DNA of 64,000 nucleotides, taken from NCBI GenBank assembly GCA_021414115.1, contig JAIOPD010000015.1, positions 5,424 through 69,423 of the forward strand, given 5' to 3'. The notes beneath the pieces are model-generated. The model was given only the letters and a program-made list of their open reading frames with translations. It made no database searches and had not been told where the DNA came from. The stretch comes from Planctomycetia bacterium. GTDB taxonomy: Bacteria > Planctomycetota > Planctomycetia > Pirellulales > UBA1268. The translations under genes and the position numbers were made by a program. This document shows positions 49,925 through 60,898 of the stretch, one piece after another (the first letter of the stretch is position 1; each line of letters opens with the position of its first letter).

Positions 49925-50924
49925 CGAGCCGCATCTGCAGCACCGCCAGCCGGCGCTCGGCGGAGCGGTCGGCTAGCCCGCCGTCGATCAGATCAAGAAG
50001 ATCGGGAATGGCTCGCAGCGTTTCGGCGGCGGCCCCGTTCGCTCCCGCTGCGAGCTGCCGGCGGGCCGTGCGGAGGGCCGACGCCGCATGCCAGCGGACG
50101 CTGGCGGCGAGGCTGCGATCACGAATCGACTCGGGCAGCGCGGCCGCGTTGATCCGGATGGCGCGGGCCATGTCGGGCCAGACGGCGCCCATGGCAAAGA
50201 GCCGGGTGGTCTCGTTGGCGACGTGCCGGCGGTAGACGGCCAGAGCCCGCGGCTCGTACCAGACGCGATACCGCGCGGCGATCCGCACCCACATCTCCCA
50301 GTCGAGCGCATGGCAGAGATCGGACCGAAAGCCTCCGACGGCCTCGTAGGTGTTGCGGGGCACGACGGCCGCCGGTGTCTGGATTCGCTGGCGTTCGGCG
50401 ATCGTCGGCAGCCAGTTGGCGAGCACCCCCGAGAGCCACTGCTGCCGCGAGTTCGTTTTGACGTGGCGGCCGCCGGCATCGACGATCCGGCTGCGACAAA
50501 ACGCCATGCCGACGCCCGGTGCCCGCATGAAGCCTCGCGCGATCCGCGCGTAGAATCCTGGCAGGACATAGTCGTCCTGATGAAGCAGGTGGACGAGTTC
50601 GCCGCGTGCCAGGCTGATCGCGCGGTTCCAGTTGCCGCTCAGCCCCAAACGGCGGTCATGATCGATCACGGTGATCCGCCGGTCGCAGTCCACCGATCGA
50701 ACCAGATCGGTGACGAGCCCCGGCGTCGAGGCGTCGTCCACGATGGTGATCTGCATGACGTCCCGCGCGGGAGCCTGCCGGAGTACCGACTCGAGCGTTC
50801 GGCAAAGCATCTCGTCCGGCTCACACGTCGGCACCATCACCGAGAAGAGCGGCCGCGCCTCCGATCCTGCCACGGGCGGAATCCGTGGGGGCGTGAAGGC
50901 GGCGTGCGCGGGCGTGCGAAGCAT
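49890..50924 (-). CDS. family 2 glycosyltransferase
   Basis: Motifs FSVMVPTCEPDEMLCRTLESVLRQ, ITIVDDAS and LLHQDD. ATG 50924 was chosen; ATG 51035 is also possible. Confidence 0.8.
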   Translation of the reverse strand: MLRTPAHAAFTPPRIPPVAGSEARPLFSVMVPTCEPDEMLCRTLESVLRQAPARDVMQITIVDDASTPGLVTDLVRSVDCDRRITVIDHDRRLGLSGNWNRAISLARGELVHLLHQDDYVLPGFYARIARGFMRAPGVGMAFCRSRIVDAGGRHVKTNSRQQWLSGVLANWLPTIAERQRIQTPAAVVPRNTYEAVGGFRSDLCHALDWEMWVRIAARYRVWYEPRALAVYRRHVANETTRLFAMGAVWPDMARAIRINAAALPESIRDRSLAASVRWHAASALRTARRQLAAGANGAAAETLRAIPDLLDLIDGGLADRSAERRLAVLQMRLDDDQLAGRRAA

Positions 50925-51234
50925 GGGCGTGTGAACGGCGTCGAGGATGCCAGCGGGATTCGCCGGCAGGGTTCGCCGACGGCGGGGATAAATACCAGGC
51001 CCCGAGGCGCCGCGACAGACCGGACGGGATGCCATGGCTCGAAAATATCTTGCACCACCCGGCGGGGCCTTGCCGGTCTTTACTCGCCCTCCCAGAGTGC
51101 CCGCCCGGGCCGTGTTACGCATGGGCGCGGGTGAAACGAGACCGGCCTGGTGCCGCAGGAGGTACGCTTTCGCGGCCACCCTCTCGTTGAGGCCCCGCAG
51201 GGTGTGCTCGTCACCGCGGTGCCGACGGCAGCGG

Positions 51235-52026
51235 TCAGAAGTTCCCCACGTTGAAACTCGCGTAGGCGCCGAACGGTCCCACCCCCACGCTCATTCCCGA
51301 ACCCTTCACGTCGGAGAAGGGCGGCTTGCCGCCCCCCTGGCTCCGGTAGGGCGAGAACGACACCCCCGACTGCATTTGCGCCGCCGCGGCGTTCGAGGCG
51401 GCGGCCGTTTGCTGTCGCGCTGCCTGCGCTCGCTCCACGAGCTGCTGGCGGCTCGCGTCGAAGCCCGCCTGCTGTCGCTGGAGGGCGGTCCGCGTCTGCT
51501 CGATCTTATCGATCTCCTGCTGGAGCTGGGCTGACGACATCTTCACGACGTCGGGCACGTCCTTGAGGACCTTGGCCCGCTTCTGGTCCGACATCACCGA
51601 GAGATACTGGCCGACCCACTGCCGCGCGTCCTTGGCCTCGGGCGTCTCGAGAATCTTGAACTTCGAATCGAGGTCGTCGAGCAGGTAGTCGAGTTCGTAT
51701 GACGACATCGCGGCCACTCGCTTGTTGAAGTCGGCCTTGATGTTATGCACCTCCTGCGGGCTGTAGATCCGCTGTGACGAGAGCCACTCGCCGAGCTCAA
51801 AGATGGCCCGCCGCCACCGCTGGCTGTTCATTATTTCAGCCTTGCGTGCCAGATCGCCGTCGTCGTCGGCGGCGGCGGTTCGGGCCGCCGCGGGTTGGGG
51901 CGCGGGCTCCTGTCCTCGAGAACGTGGGCACGCGAAGGCGGTCATGCAGCCAAGCAGGACCACGCTGACACAAGGCCCGCGGAACCGCGGCAGGCTGCTC
52001 ACCGATGTGATGCGTGATGTCCTCAT
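51235..52026 (-). CDS. secreted hypothetical protein, Gln/Ala-rich and probably coiled-coil
   Basis: ATG at 52026 overlaps the upstream stop (ATGA). Signal-like N-terminus. It ends ...GAYASFNVGNF. No family recognised. Confidence 0.6.
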   Translation of the reverse strand: MRTSRITSVSSLPRFRGPCVSVVLLGCMTAFACPRSRGQEPAPQPAAARTAAADDDGDLARKAEIMNSQRWRRAIFELGEWLSSQRIYSPQEVHNIKADFNKRVAAMSSYELDYLLDDLDSKFKILETPEAKDARQWVGQYLSVMSDQKRAKVLKDVPDVVKMSSAQLQQEIDKIEQTRTALQRQQAGFDASRQQLVERAQAARQQTAAASNAAAAQMQSGVSFSPYRSQGGGKPPFSDVKGSGMSVGVGPFGAYASFNVGNF

Positions 52027-53033
52027 CGTCCCGTTCCCTCGGTGGTTTCCGAACCAGACTTGCGAATCATCGTCATGTTGACCTGCGGCATGTGTTCGCC
52101 GCCCACGTGCGTCGGCAGCGATCGCCAGACACAGCGGTCTTTGCCGTCATAGGAGTAGATGTTGATCGAAGACGTCTGACTGCCATCAGGAAGCACGGCG
52201 GTCGTCCGCGCCACCCACGAGCCGTCGTCGCGGCTCCATGACGCTTCGCCGTGGCCGCCATCCTCGCTGAACACCCAGGAGCGGATACTCCTGGAGAGCG
52301 GATCCCAGCCGATCCGCTGCGTGATATGGGTCGCGGCGGCCGGGCTGTCCGGGCCGCCCGCAGGCGTGATCTTCAGGTCGCGAAGGAGGTAGGTCCGGCT
52401 GGGATTCCAGCGGACCGACATCGCGATGCTGGGCTTGGCGAGCTTGCTGGGCTGGCTTGGCTCGTCGTCGCCCGGTTCGTCGACCACCACCCAGTCACCC
52501 ACCATCCAGGCAAGATCGGCGAGCGTCTCGGGGCCGGTCGCCTGATCGCCGCGAGCCTCGCGGATCGCCGACAGTTTCCAGGCATCGGCGTGCCGGACCC
52601 AGGTCGCGGAGAAACGCCCGTGCAACGGCGCTGCGTGACCGGGGTGGACGACTTTCACCGTGCCATCCTCGACGGCGACATCGGGCGTGATGAACCGTAG
52701 GCTCGTTTCGCTGATCGCTACCTCGGGCCTGCCGGTTTTCACGGACTCGGTGGGCAGCGGTTCAAGCATGGCGACGGTGTCGCTTCCCTTCATCACGCGG
52801 CCGGCATCGTCGATGATGTCGCCGTCGGGCATCCACAGGGCCGCGAGCGTCTTGCTGTCACCCCGCTCGAGCGCGTTCTTGTAGGTTTGGGATGCGGTGC
52901 GCACCGCCCGCTCGTCAGCAGCCTGATCCGCCGCGGTGGTCGCCGCGCTGGCCATGGCCATCAGCATGGCGAGGAGACTGGCGGCGGTGGCCGGGGCGGC
53001 GCGGTGGAGCGGTCGAAACACGTGCGATGACAT
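52023..53033 (-). CDS. secreted protein with two NTF2/SnoaL-like (DUF4440-like) halves, tentative
   Basis: In-frame ATG at 53033 within the long ORF 52023..55682. Signal peptide. It contains AVRTASQTYKNALERGDSKTLAALWMPDGDIID and a second, similar half. The remainder of the long ORF is antisense to argE-like and icd. Confidence 0.6.
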   Translation of the reverse strand: MSSHVFRPLHRAAPATAASLLAMLMAMASAATTAADQAADERAVRTASQTYKNALERGDSKTLAALWMPDGDIIDDAGRVMKGSDTVAMLEPLPTESVKTGRPEVAISETSLRFITPDVAVEDGTVKVVHPGHAAPLHGRFSATWVRHADAWKLSAIREARGDQATGPETLADLAWMVGDWVVVDEPGDDEPSQPSKLAKPSIAMSVRWNPSRTYLLRDLKITPAGGPDSPAAATHITQRIGWDPLSRSIRSWVFSEDGGHGEASWSRDDGSWVARTTAVLPDGSQTSSINIYSYDGKDRCVWRSLPTHVGGEHMPQVNMTMIRKSGSETTEGTGR

Positions 53034-53156
53034 GGAGCACCCAGCGGGGGGAACGGGCTGCGGCAATGCGCACAAACCAGGGGGAGTCTGGGATTTTACC
53101 ACGCTCTCGGTGGGTGGGGAAAGCATACGGGCAGTTCGTTTGGTAGGGTGATTTCC

Positions 53157-54371
53157 ATGTCCGATCATGTATCCCTCCTCGCCGACCTGGTGCGCCGCCC
53201 CAGCGTCAACCCGATGGGCCGCGACGTTTCCGGCCCGGAATACCTGGAAGGTCGGGTCAGCGACTACCTCGTTCAGCGGTTCACGGCCGCCGGCCTGCAG
53301 TGGGCCCGACAACCGGTCGCCCCTGGCCGCGACAACGTGATGGCGCGGCTGGAGGCCACGGTGCCCCGGGCGCCGGTCATTCTCTGGGATGCTCACCAGG
53401 ACACGGTGCCGGTCGAAAACATGACCATCGACCCGTTCGCACCGGTTGTCCGAGAGGGGCGGATGTATGGCCGCGGGACATGTGACGTGAAGGGAGGGAT
53501 GGCGGCCATGGTCGCGGCATTGGAGCGGCTCTCTGCGACCAGCGGCCCCCGCAAGGCGACGGTCGTCTTTTCCGCGACGGTCAACGAGGAGTTCGGTTTC
53601 ACCGGTGCCAAGTCTTTGGCCCGCTTGTGGGACCCGGCCGTGGCCGGGGATGCTCCGGCGTCGGATGCCGCAGCCCGCAGGGTCGTCGGCCGTCGCCCGA
53701 CGGTCGCGATCGTCGCAGAGCCCACACGTCTCGATCTCGTGGTGCAGCACAAGGGGGCGGTCCGTTGGCGGATCCTGGTGCACGGCCGCGCCTGCCACAG
53801 TGCGTTTCCGGAGCAGGGGGTGAACGCGATCTATCCAGCCGGCCGGGCGATCCTCGCGATCGAATCGCTGGCCGGTGAGCTGCTCGCCCGTCATGCCGAC
53901 CATCCCTGCGGTCCGCCGACGCTCAACCTGGGCACGATCCGCGGTGGTGCGGGAGTGAATCTGGTGCCCGATTTGACGATTCTCGAGATCGAACGACGGG
54001 TGCTGCCGGGCGAGTCGCCGCACGAGGCGCGGGCCGAAGTGATCGCGCGGATTGCCGCCGCCTGCGGCGACGCGCGGATCGAGCACGCGGAGCCGTTCCT
54101 CGAGAGCGCTGGCCTCACCGACGCCACGGCCGACTCGAAGGCGAAGGCGTGGGTCGAGGCGCTGGCGGCGGCCTCGCAGGCTCGGGGCGCGACCGCCGCC
54201 AGTACGGCCGCCCGCTACGGCACCAACGCCAGCGTGTTCGCCGCAGCCGGCGTGCCGAGCGTGGTCTTCGGTCCCGGCTCGATCGAGCAAGCGCACACCG
54301 CCGACGAATGGATCGATCTCGCCGAGATCGGCACCGCAGCCGAGATCCTCGCGGCGATCGTCACGACCTGA
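53157..54371 (+). CDS. M20 family metallopeptidase (ArgE/DapE-like deacylase)
   Basis: ATG at 53157 (GTG at 53148 also possible). Motifs WDAHQDTVP, GRGTCDVKGG and NEEFGFTG. Confidence 0.85.
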   Translation: MSDHVSLLADLVRRPSVNPMGRDVSGPEYLEGRVSDYLVQRFTAAGLQWARQPVAPGRDNVMARLEATVPRAPVILWDAHQDTVPVENMTIDPFAPVVREGRMYGRGTCDVKGGMAAMVAALERLSATSGPRKATVVFSATVNEEFGFTGAKSLARLWDPAVAGDAPASDAAARRVVGRRPTVAIVAEPTRLDLVVQHKGAVRWRILVHGRACHSAFPEQGVNAIYPAGRAILAIESLAGELLARHADHPCGPPTLNLGTIRGGAGVNLVPDLTILEIERRVLPGESPHEARAEVIARIAAACGDARIEHAEPFLESAGLTDATADSKAKAWVEALAAASQARGATAASTAARYGTNASVFAAAGVPSVVFGPGSIEQAHTADEWIDLAEIGTAAEILAAIVTT

Positions 54372-54431
54372 AGGCGCGGCTCTTTCCGACTGGTACAACA
54401 TCGCCTCCGTCACCCCCGCAGGAGCGCGAGC

Positions 54432-55664
54432 ATGGCAGACACGATCAATGTCAAGATCCGGGTCAAGGGTCCGGTCGTCGATCTCGACGGCGACGAGATG
54501 ACGCGGATCATCTGGCAGTTCATCAAGGACAAGCTGATCCTGCCCTACCTCGATCTCGAGATCCGATACTTCGACCTCTCGATCGAAAACCGCGACGCCA
54601 CCGCCGACCAGGTGACGATCGACGCGGCGAATGCCATCAAGGAGTGCGGCGTGGGAATGAAGTGCGCCACGATCACGCCCGACGAGGCCCGGGTGAAGGA
54701 GTTCAGCCTCAAGAGCATGTGGAAGAGCCCCAACGGCACGATCCGCAACATCCTCGGCGGCGTGATCTTCCGCGAGCCGATCATCATCAAAAACATTCCG
54801 CGGCTGGTGCCCGGCTGGACAAAGCCGATCGTGGTCGGCCGTCATGCGTTCGGCGATCAATACCGCGCCACCGACGTGAAGATTCCGGGCAAGGGTGCGG
54901 TCACGCTCACCTTCACGCCGGCCGACGGCTCGAAGCCGATGGAGCTGAAGGTCTTCGACTTCCCGTCGCCGGGCGTGGCCATGGCGATGTACAACCTTGA
55001 CGATTCGATCCGCGACTTCGCCCGGGCGAGCTTCCGCTACGGCCTGGCGCGGAACTATCCGGTCTACCTCTCCACGAAGAACACGATCCTCAAGGTCTAC
55101 GACGGCCGCTTCAAGGACATCTTCCAGGAGATCTTCGATGCCGAGTTCAAGGCCGACTTCGCCGCCAAGGGGATCATCTACGAGCACCGACTGATCGACG
55201 ACATGGTGGCCAGCGCGCTCAAGTGGGAAGGGGGCTACGTCTGGGCCTGCAAGAACTACGACGGCGACGTGCAGAGCGACATCGTGGCCCAGGGCTTCGG
55301 ATCGCTCGGCCTGATGACAAGCGTCTTGATGACGCCCGACGGCAAGACGGTGGAGGCCGAGGCGGCCCACGGCACGGTCACGCGGCACTACCGCCAGCAC
55401 CAGCAGGGCAAGCCCACGAGCACCAATCCGATCGCCTCGATCTTCGCCTGGACGCGGGGCCTGGCCCACCGCGGCAAACTCGACGGCACGCCCGAGGTGA
55501 CCCGCTTCGCCGAGACACTCGAGCGGGTCTGCATCGAAACGGTCGAGGAAGGGAAGATGACGAAGGATCTCGCGATCCTCGTCGGCCCGAGCCAGCCGCA
55601 TCTCACGACCGAGCAGTTTCTCGCGGCGATCGACGCCAACCTCGTGAAGGCGATGCACGCGTAG
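54432..55664 (+). CDS. icd: NADP-dependent isocitrate dehydrogenase (about 410 aa, eukaryote-like subfamily)
   Basis: ATG at 54432 with AGGAG upstream. Motifs [29 protein letters not shown] and GRHAFGDQY. Confidence 0.95.
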   Translation: MADTINVKIRVKGPVVDLDGDEMTRIIWQFIKDKLILPYLDLEIRYFDLSIENRDATADQVTIDAANAIKECGVGMKCATITPDEARVKEFSLKSMWKSPNGTIRNILGGVIFREPIIIKNIPRLVPGWTKPIVVGRHAFGDQYRATDVKIPGKGAVTLTFTPADGSKPMELKVFDFPSPGVAMAMYNLDDSIRDFARASFRYGLARNYPVYLSTKNTILKVYDGRFKDIFQEIFDAEFKADFAAKGIIYEHRLIDDMVASALKWEGGYVWACKNYDGDVQSDIVAQGFGSLGLMTSVLMTPDGKTVEAEAAHGTVTRHYRQHQQGKPTSTNPIASIFAWTRGLAHRGKLDGTPEVTRFAETLERVCIETVEEGKMTKDLAILVGPSQPHLTTEQFLAAIDANLVKAMHA

Positions 55665-55896
55665 CGGAGCCGCCTCGCCCATTTGCTTCCTAGGTGTCCA
55701 GAAGCGGCGATCGGCCGTTTTTCGGGCGTTTCACGCCGGTTGGTCGAACCTTTCGGCGACGGTGGCCGTAAGACGTAAAATCGCACCGTCTTTTATGCAT
55801 GGGGGAGGGCCAAAAGGCGTCGGCGACGGGCATCCGGTTCTGACAGCCGGTCGGGCGACGGCGCGAATGCCAAGGCGCGATCACAAGGAGACAAGC

Positions 55897-57120
55897 ATGG
55901 ACGTACCACGCAGAATGCGTTCGAGCGGCGATGAGCGCCGCACGGCCGGTTTCAACCTCGTCGAACTTCTCGTCGTCTGCGCCATCGTCGCCGTGCTCAT
56001 CGGATTCCTGTTGCCAGCGGTGCAGGGTGCCCGTGAAGCAGCCCGCATGACGGCCTGTCGCAATCACATCCGGCAGCTCTCCACGGCCTTGCTCCATCAC
56101 GAGGCCTCGCTCCAGCACTATCCCTCGGGCGGCTGGGGGCCCACCTGGCTGCCCGTCGCAGATCGAGCGAGCGACGCGGCCCAGCCTGGCGGCTGGACCT
56201 TTGGCGTCCTGCCCTACCTGGAAGCCAACAGCACGCGGGGCCTGATCGGCACCGTCGACGCGACCACGGCGGCCGCTGCCTACCAGCAGTTCGCGAAGGC
56301 CGGAGCCGATGTCTTTGCCTGCCCCAGCCGTCGTGCCTCCCGGGCCGTGCAGATGGCGGCCGCGACGTCCTACAAGACCATGTTCACCGCCGCGCAGTCG
56401 CTGCCCATGGCTACGCTGACCGACTATGCCGCCAACGGTGGATCGACGGCCACGTGCCCACCGATCGAGTTGCTCGAGCTGGCGATCCGCTTCGTCGATT
56501 CCTCCACCAAGGTCACGTTCTGCCATGTGCCGCCGGGAAACTCGGGTAACTACCAGACGCAGACGCTCTCTTTGTCAGCGACCGAGCAGGGACATGCCGA
56601 CCATACCGGAGACCACATCGGCCCCTGTTTTTCATGCGACGACGACATGGCCACGATCGCTCAGGAGCCGGCGTCGCTCACGCAGGGCGATGCGTGGAGC
56701 CGGATCACGCCTCTCGGCCGCCTCATGCTGCCCGACGGCGGCATCCCCGACCTGCAAAACGGAATCCTGCACCGCATGAGCCGGATCACGGCGCCGGCGG
56801 TCAAGGACGGCTTGAGCAACACCTACCTCATGGGCGAGAAGAACGTCGCCGCTGACCAATACGAATCCGGTGCAGATGCCGGCGACAACCGGGCGCTTCA
56901 TGCGGGCTATTCCAGCAGCAACGTGCGCTGGGCCTACGAGACACCGATGCAGGATGAACGCGGCACATCGCACCCCAACGTCTTCGGCAGTCCCCACCGT
57001 GCCGGGTGGAATGCCGCGCTGGCCGACGGTAGCGTGCGAACGATTGTCTTCGACATCGACCTGCAGGTGCACCGGGGCCTTGCGGCGCGGGCCGATGGCC
57101 GCGGCACCGTGCCCGACTGA
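55897..57120 (+). CDS. DUF1559 family protein with a prepilin-type N-terminal methylation motif
   Basis: ATG at 55897 with AAGGAG upstream. GFNLVELLVVCAIVAVLIGFLLPAVQGAREAARMTACRNH and a C-terminal H-X9-DG (HRAGWNAALADGS). This is a hallmark planctomycetal family. Confidence 0.88.
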   Translation: MDVPRRMRSSGDERRTAGFNLVELLVVCAIVAVLIGFLLPAVQGAREAARMTACRNHIRQLSTALLHHEASLQHYPSGGWGPTWLPVADRASDAAQPGGWTFGVLPYLEANSTRGLIGTVDATTAAAAYQQFAKAGADVFACPSRRASRAVQMAAATSYKTMFTAAQSLPMATLTDYAANGGSTATCPPIELLELAIRFVDSSTKVTFCHVPPGNSGNYQTQTLSLSATEQGHADHTGDHIGPCFSCDDDMATIAQEPASLTQGDAWSRITPLGRLMLPDGGIPDLQNGILHRMSRITAPAVKDGLSNTYLMGEKNVAADQYESGADAGDNRALHAGYSSSNVRWAYETPMQDERGTSHPNVFGSPHRAGWNAALADGSVRTIVFDIDLQVHRGLAARADGRGTVPD

Positions 57121-57248
57121 TGGCATGGGAACCCCGAACCCATGAACATCCCGGAAGAACTGCGGCGCTTTCGCTGCCTTCGCGGCACCGCACGAGGCAT
57201 GCGGCCGAAAAAGTGACGAATCGGGCACAGGCGGAGAAGAATCGGCCG

Positions 57249-59123
57249 TCAGCCGGCGCCAAACACCTTCATGACCTCGAGCACCAGAATGATCGCCACG
57301 CCCATCAGGCTCTCGCCTGCGATCAGGCCGCTCGACACCGGTACCGTGTAGGTCTCGGCGACCTTCGGCCGGGCGCGGGCGACGAGCCAGGCGATCAAGG
57401 CCCCGGCAAACATCGCGATCGAGTTGAAGGCCGGGATCACGCCCGCGATGCCGAGGCCCGTCGTCGACGGGAGCCAAGGCCGCCAGGCCTTGGGGCCGAG
57501 TTCTTCGAGCAGCGTCAGCACGATCCCGATGGCGGCGCCGACGGCGATCGCCATGACCGCCCCGGCCGGCAGCGCGTCGATCCCCTTGGCGAGCAGTTCG
57601 GCCACGCCGGCCCAGACCTTCGCCGATGGCGCGGGCAGGGCCTCGGTACCGAGCCTCGCCGGGTCGCGCTGGACCACGAAGAGATAGGCCGGCACCGAGA
57701 CGATCGTGCCCGCGATCACGCCGAAGAGCTGTGAGATCGTCTGCTTGCGGGGATTGCCGCCGAGCAGGTAGCCGCTCTTGAGATCGGTGAGGAGGTCGGC
57801 GGCGTGGGAGGCCGCGCCCGAGGTGATCGACGCGGTCATGAGGTTCGTCGTGATGTTCGCCGGCGCCACCACGCCATACATCAGCTGTGTGATCTTCCCC
57901 ATCGCTCCGATCGGCGTGATGTCGGTTTCACCGGTGGCCCGCGCGGCCACGATCGACAGGAAGAAGGTGACGAGCACGGCGAGGATGCCCATCCACCAGG
58001 TGATCTCGAACAGCCAGTGGCCGAGGATCACGCAGGCCGTGCCCGCAGCGAGCGTGCCGGCCACGAACCAGCTCGACGGCACCTCCACGCGGGCGAGCGG
58101 ATCGTCATGTGGGTCGGCCGCACCGCCGACCAGCCGGCCGAGCCCGCCGAAGGCACGCAGCACGGTCTTCCACTTGAGAGCAAAGGACAAGAGCCCCGAC
58201 GCCACCATCATCGCGGTGGAGGGCCAGAGCACCCACGACACGATCCCGCGGTAGCCGGGCTGGGCGATGCCCCGCTCGACGAGCATCGGCCCGATCACGC
58301 CATAGAAGATGACCGACCCCACGAGCATCGACGCGGCGACCCGCAGGCCCATGATCGCCCCGGCAGCCACCATGATCAGCGAGCCCTCGATGCCGATCGT
58401 GTATTTGGTCAGCAGGTCGCGGGCGAAGCCGCCGGGGCCGAAGGGAATCTCGGTGGGCATGGCCCAGGCGGCGAGCGGCTTGATGCCGCCTACGAGATCC
58501 CGCCAAGCGGCCACGACGGCGCCGAGGATCGCGGCACCGAAGAGCGACCGGGCTTTCACGACCGCCTCGCCCCCTTCGCTGTGCATGCTCGTGAGCGTCT
58601 CGGCGGTGGCGATTCCGGAGGGGAAGGGGAGCTGGTCGATGTTGATCAGCTGCCGTTTGAGCGGGATCGCCATGAACACGCCGAGGATCGAAAGCGCGAA
58701 CAGCCAGAGGCCGATCTCCCACCAGGTGAGCAATCGGCCGGTCGTGAGATAGAGCGCCGGAATCGCCGACACGAGGCCGGCGCTCGACATATAGCCGGCG
58801 GCGCTGGCAGCGCTCGACATCGTGTAGTTTTCGAGCGTCGAGAACGGCCGGTTGCGATAGGCGGGCACCACCTGCTCGAGAAACTTGAACACCGCGTAGG
58901 CGATGATGCACGAAGTGATCGTGACGCCGAGCCCCCAGCCGGTCTTGAGGCCGACGTAGAGATTCGACACCGACATCAGCCCGCCGATCAGCATCCCGCT
59001 GACGACGGCCCGGGGCGTGAGCTGCACGGCATCGTCACCGGCGTAGACGTTGGCCAGCCACCACCGCGCGGCCTCTCGTTCGTCGGCGAAGGCTTCGTGG
59101 CGGGGTGATCGTTCCTGGCTCAT
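57249..59123 (-). CDS. OPT family oligopeptide transporter
   Basis: In-frame ATG at 59123 (the ORF track starts at GTG 59222). 624 aa, polytopic. Motif LTPRAVVSGMLIGGLMSVSNLYVGLKTGW is typical of bacterial OPT proteins. Confidence 0.85.
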   Translation of the reverse strand: MSQERSPRHEAFADEREAARWWLANVYAGDDAVQLTPRAVVSGMLIGGLMSVSNLYVGLKTGWGLGVTITSCIIAYAVFKFLEQVVPAYRNRPFSTLENYTMSSAASAAGYMSSAGLVSAIPALYLTTGRLLTWWEIGLWLFALSILGVFMAIPLKRQLINIDQLPFPSGIATAETLTSMHSEGGEAVVKARSLFGAAILGAVVAAWRDLVGGIKPLAAWAMPTEIPFGPGGFARDLLTKYTIGIEGSLIMVAAGAIMGLRVAASMLVGSVIFYGVIGPMLVERGIAQPGYRGIVSWVLWPSTAMMVASGLLSFALKWKTVLRAFGGLGRLVGGAADPHDDPLARVEVPSSWFVAGTLAAGTACVILGHWLFEITWWMGILAVLVTFFLSIVAARATGETDITPIGAMGKITQLMYGVVAPANITTNLMTASITSGAASHAADLLTDLKSGYLLGGNPRKQTISQLFGVIAGTIVSVPAYLFVVQRDPARLGTEALPAPSAKVWAGVAELLAKGIDALPAGAVMAIAVGAAIGIVLTLLEELGPKAWRPWLPSTTGLGIAGVIPAFNSIAMFAGALIAWLVARARPKVAETYTVPVSSGLIAGESLMGVAIILVLEVMKVFGAG

Positions 59124-59230
59124 GTGGGAGAGTGTATGCCCATCCAGGTTTCTCGTGGGCCGGGATTGCCCCTCGTGCAAAGAGCCCCTCGACGTTCGCC
59201 GGAATGGCGACCGGATCCCCACGTTGGCGC

Positions 59231-60898
59231 TCAGGGCATGTGTGCCGGCGTCGCCAGCCGGAGCCCGATGTCGTCGTTGCCCTCAACCGCATCGGTTCCG
59301 GGTGCCCGTGGCCCGCCATCGTCTTCGCCGTCGGGGCCGACGGAGTACACGAGCCATGCGTCGTCGGCCCATTTCGTCAGCAGCGGCTGATCGACGGTGA
59401 ATGGATCCCGCGGCACGGCGGGCACGATCCCGGGCACAAGGGACTCGGGCGTTTCCGGCAGGCGTCCTGTCGTCACCCGCTCGCGAGTGATCGCCACGAG
59501 CATCTCCGCCGCGCGGTGGCGGGCCTGCCCCTGAGCCTGCGACCGCACGACGCTTGCAAGCGCCGGAACCATGAGCGCCGTGAAGATTCCTTTACGGCGA
59601 GTCGCCAGCGGGTCTGCGATCTCCTCGGATTGCTGCTTCACGTCGGGATACGGTCTGCCGGTCGCGTGTGCTGCGGTAATCTCTTGGTAGCGCCGCATGA
59701 TCGCCCGGTAGCTCGCCATGTCGGAGGGGAGCAGAAAGCAGCGGAAGAGGAACGACAGCGGCTCACTCCCGAACCACTCCCGCGGCCCCGAGCCGTCCAT
59801 CGCGGAGAGCAGAGCAAGCATCGACAGGCCATGGCGGCCGTCGGCGAGATCGGCGAGCATGGCCAGCCCGAATGCCTCCTCTCCGAGAAAGTGACGCTGG
59901 TACGAGAGCGGCGTTCCCGGAAAATCAGTGCGTGCCTGATCATCAAGAAGCGGAAGATCCTGCCGCTGGAGTGCGGGGAGCACGTCCGCAAGCGTTTCGA
60001 GCGCGATCAAATCGATCGCCTGGCCCCAGAGTCCGCAGACCAGGATCGGATCGGCGGCGGCGTGAAGCCCCATGCGGTGGAGCCGCACGACGTCGTGGAG
60101 ACCCGCTGCCGCTTCGCCTTCAGCAGCCTCGCGGCGGGCGGCCAGCGCGAGGAGCTTGGCTGCCTTCCGCATGGGTGCCATCTCCGGAAGTGTCATGGAG
60201 ATCGACGGCCTCGACCAGTCGCGGACGAAGCGGCAGCCTGACCGATCCGCGGCCTGCCGCAGGAGATCGAGGGTCGCGGCGTGCCGAGACAGGATCGCAG
60301 TGACCGCTGGAGACGCGACGTCGGCGATCCCGGGCTTGGATGCCGGAGAGTCGTCTGCGACGAGTGCAGAGTCGGCCTCGATCGCTGCAAAGGCCCGGAG
60401 ATAGAGCGGCGCCGCGTCGTCGTCGGCCGCCGGGGCCGGCGGCAGGCTCGAGGCCATGAGCTGGGCCGCCTCGACCCGCAGTGCACGGCCCTCCGCCGCG
60501 GCGGTATTGTCGATGAAGAGCAAGGTGCCGAAGGCGACAGCCTTCGCGAGCACGAACATCGCGGCCAGCCCGACGACCGGCCATCCCGCCGCCACGAAGT
60601 CGCCCTCGCCGGCCCGTCGCGAGAGCCCCGCCGCACGGATCCAGAGCGCGCCGACGAGGGCCGCGAGAAACACGGTGACCGTCGGTGCAAACCAGTTCAC
60701 CTGGAGCTTCGCGTTGGACGCGAGGAGCCACGTCAGCCCGACCCAGGGCACGAGGGCAAGCAGCGGCACGAGCACGGCGGCGGCCACGAGCACCCGTCGC
60801 AGCCAGGTTCGTTGCGTCCGAGCTGCCGCGGCAATGCACGTGGCCGACCAGAGCAGAGACGCGGCCACGACGGCCACGAAGAACATGAAGTAACCCAT
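59231..60898 (-). CDS. hypothetical membrane protein co-transcribed with the ECF sigma / anti-sigma pair
   Basis: The ATG at 60898 overlaps the anti-sigma stop by 1 nt. About five N-terminal TM segments and a large soluble domain. The C-terminal LVYSVGPDGEDDGGP resembles pseudopilin-type tails. Confidence 0.7.
   Translation of the reverse strand: MGYFMFFVAVVAASLLWSATCIAAAARTQRTWLRRVLVAAAVLVPLLALVPWVGLTWLLASNAKLQVNWFAPTVTVFLAALVGALWIRAAGLSRRAGEGDFVAAGWPVVGLAAMFVLAKAVAFGTLLFIDNTAAAEGRALRVEAAQLMASSLPPAPAADDDAAPLYLRAFAAIEADSALVADDSPASKPGIADVASPAVTAILSRHAATLDLLRQAADRSGCRFVRDWSRPSISMTLPEMAPMRKAAKLLALAARREAAEGEAAAGLHDVVRLHRMGLHAAADPILVCGLWGQAIDLIALETLADVLPALQRQDLPLLDDQARTDFPGTPLSYQRHFLGEEAFGLAMLADLADGRHGLSMLALLSAMDGSGPREWFGSEPLSFLFRCFLLPSDMASYRAIMRRYQEITAAHATGRPYPDVKQQSEEIADPLATRRKGIFTALMVPALASVVRSQAQGQARHRAAEMLVAITRERVTTGRLPETPESLVPGIVPAVPRDPFTVDQPLLTKWADDAWLVYSVGPDGEDDGGPRAPGTDAVEGNDDIGLRLATPAHMP

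Noticed and set aside
53034-55682. Upper 883 codons of the 1219-aa minus-strand ORF 52023..55682
   Set aside because: Antisense to the M20 peptidase and icd genes. Only the last 336 codons (52023..53033), which begin with a signal peptide, look like a real protein.
57115-57145. Fragments resembling family A terminal repeats (gatggcatgggaaccccg here, and gggattgcccctcgtg at about 59160)
   Set aside because: Only about 14-16 nt of similarity, with no core and no partner arm. They could be chance matches in G+C-rich DNA.
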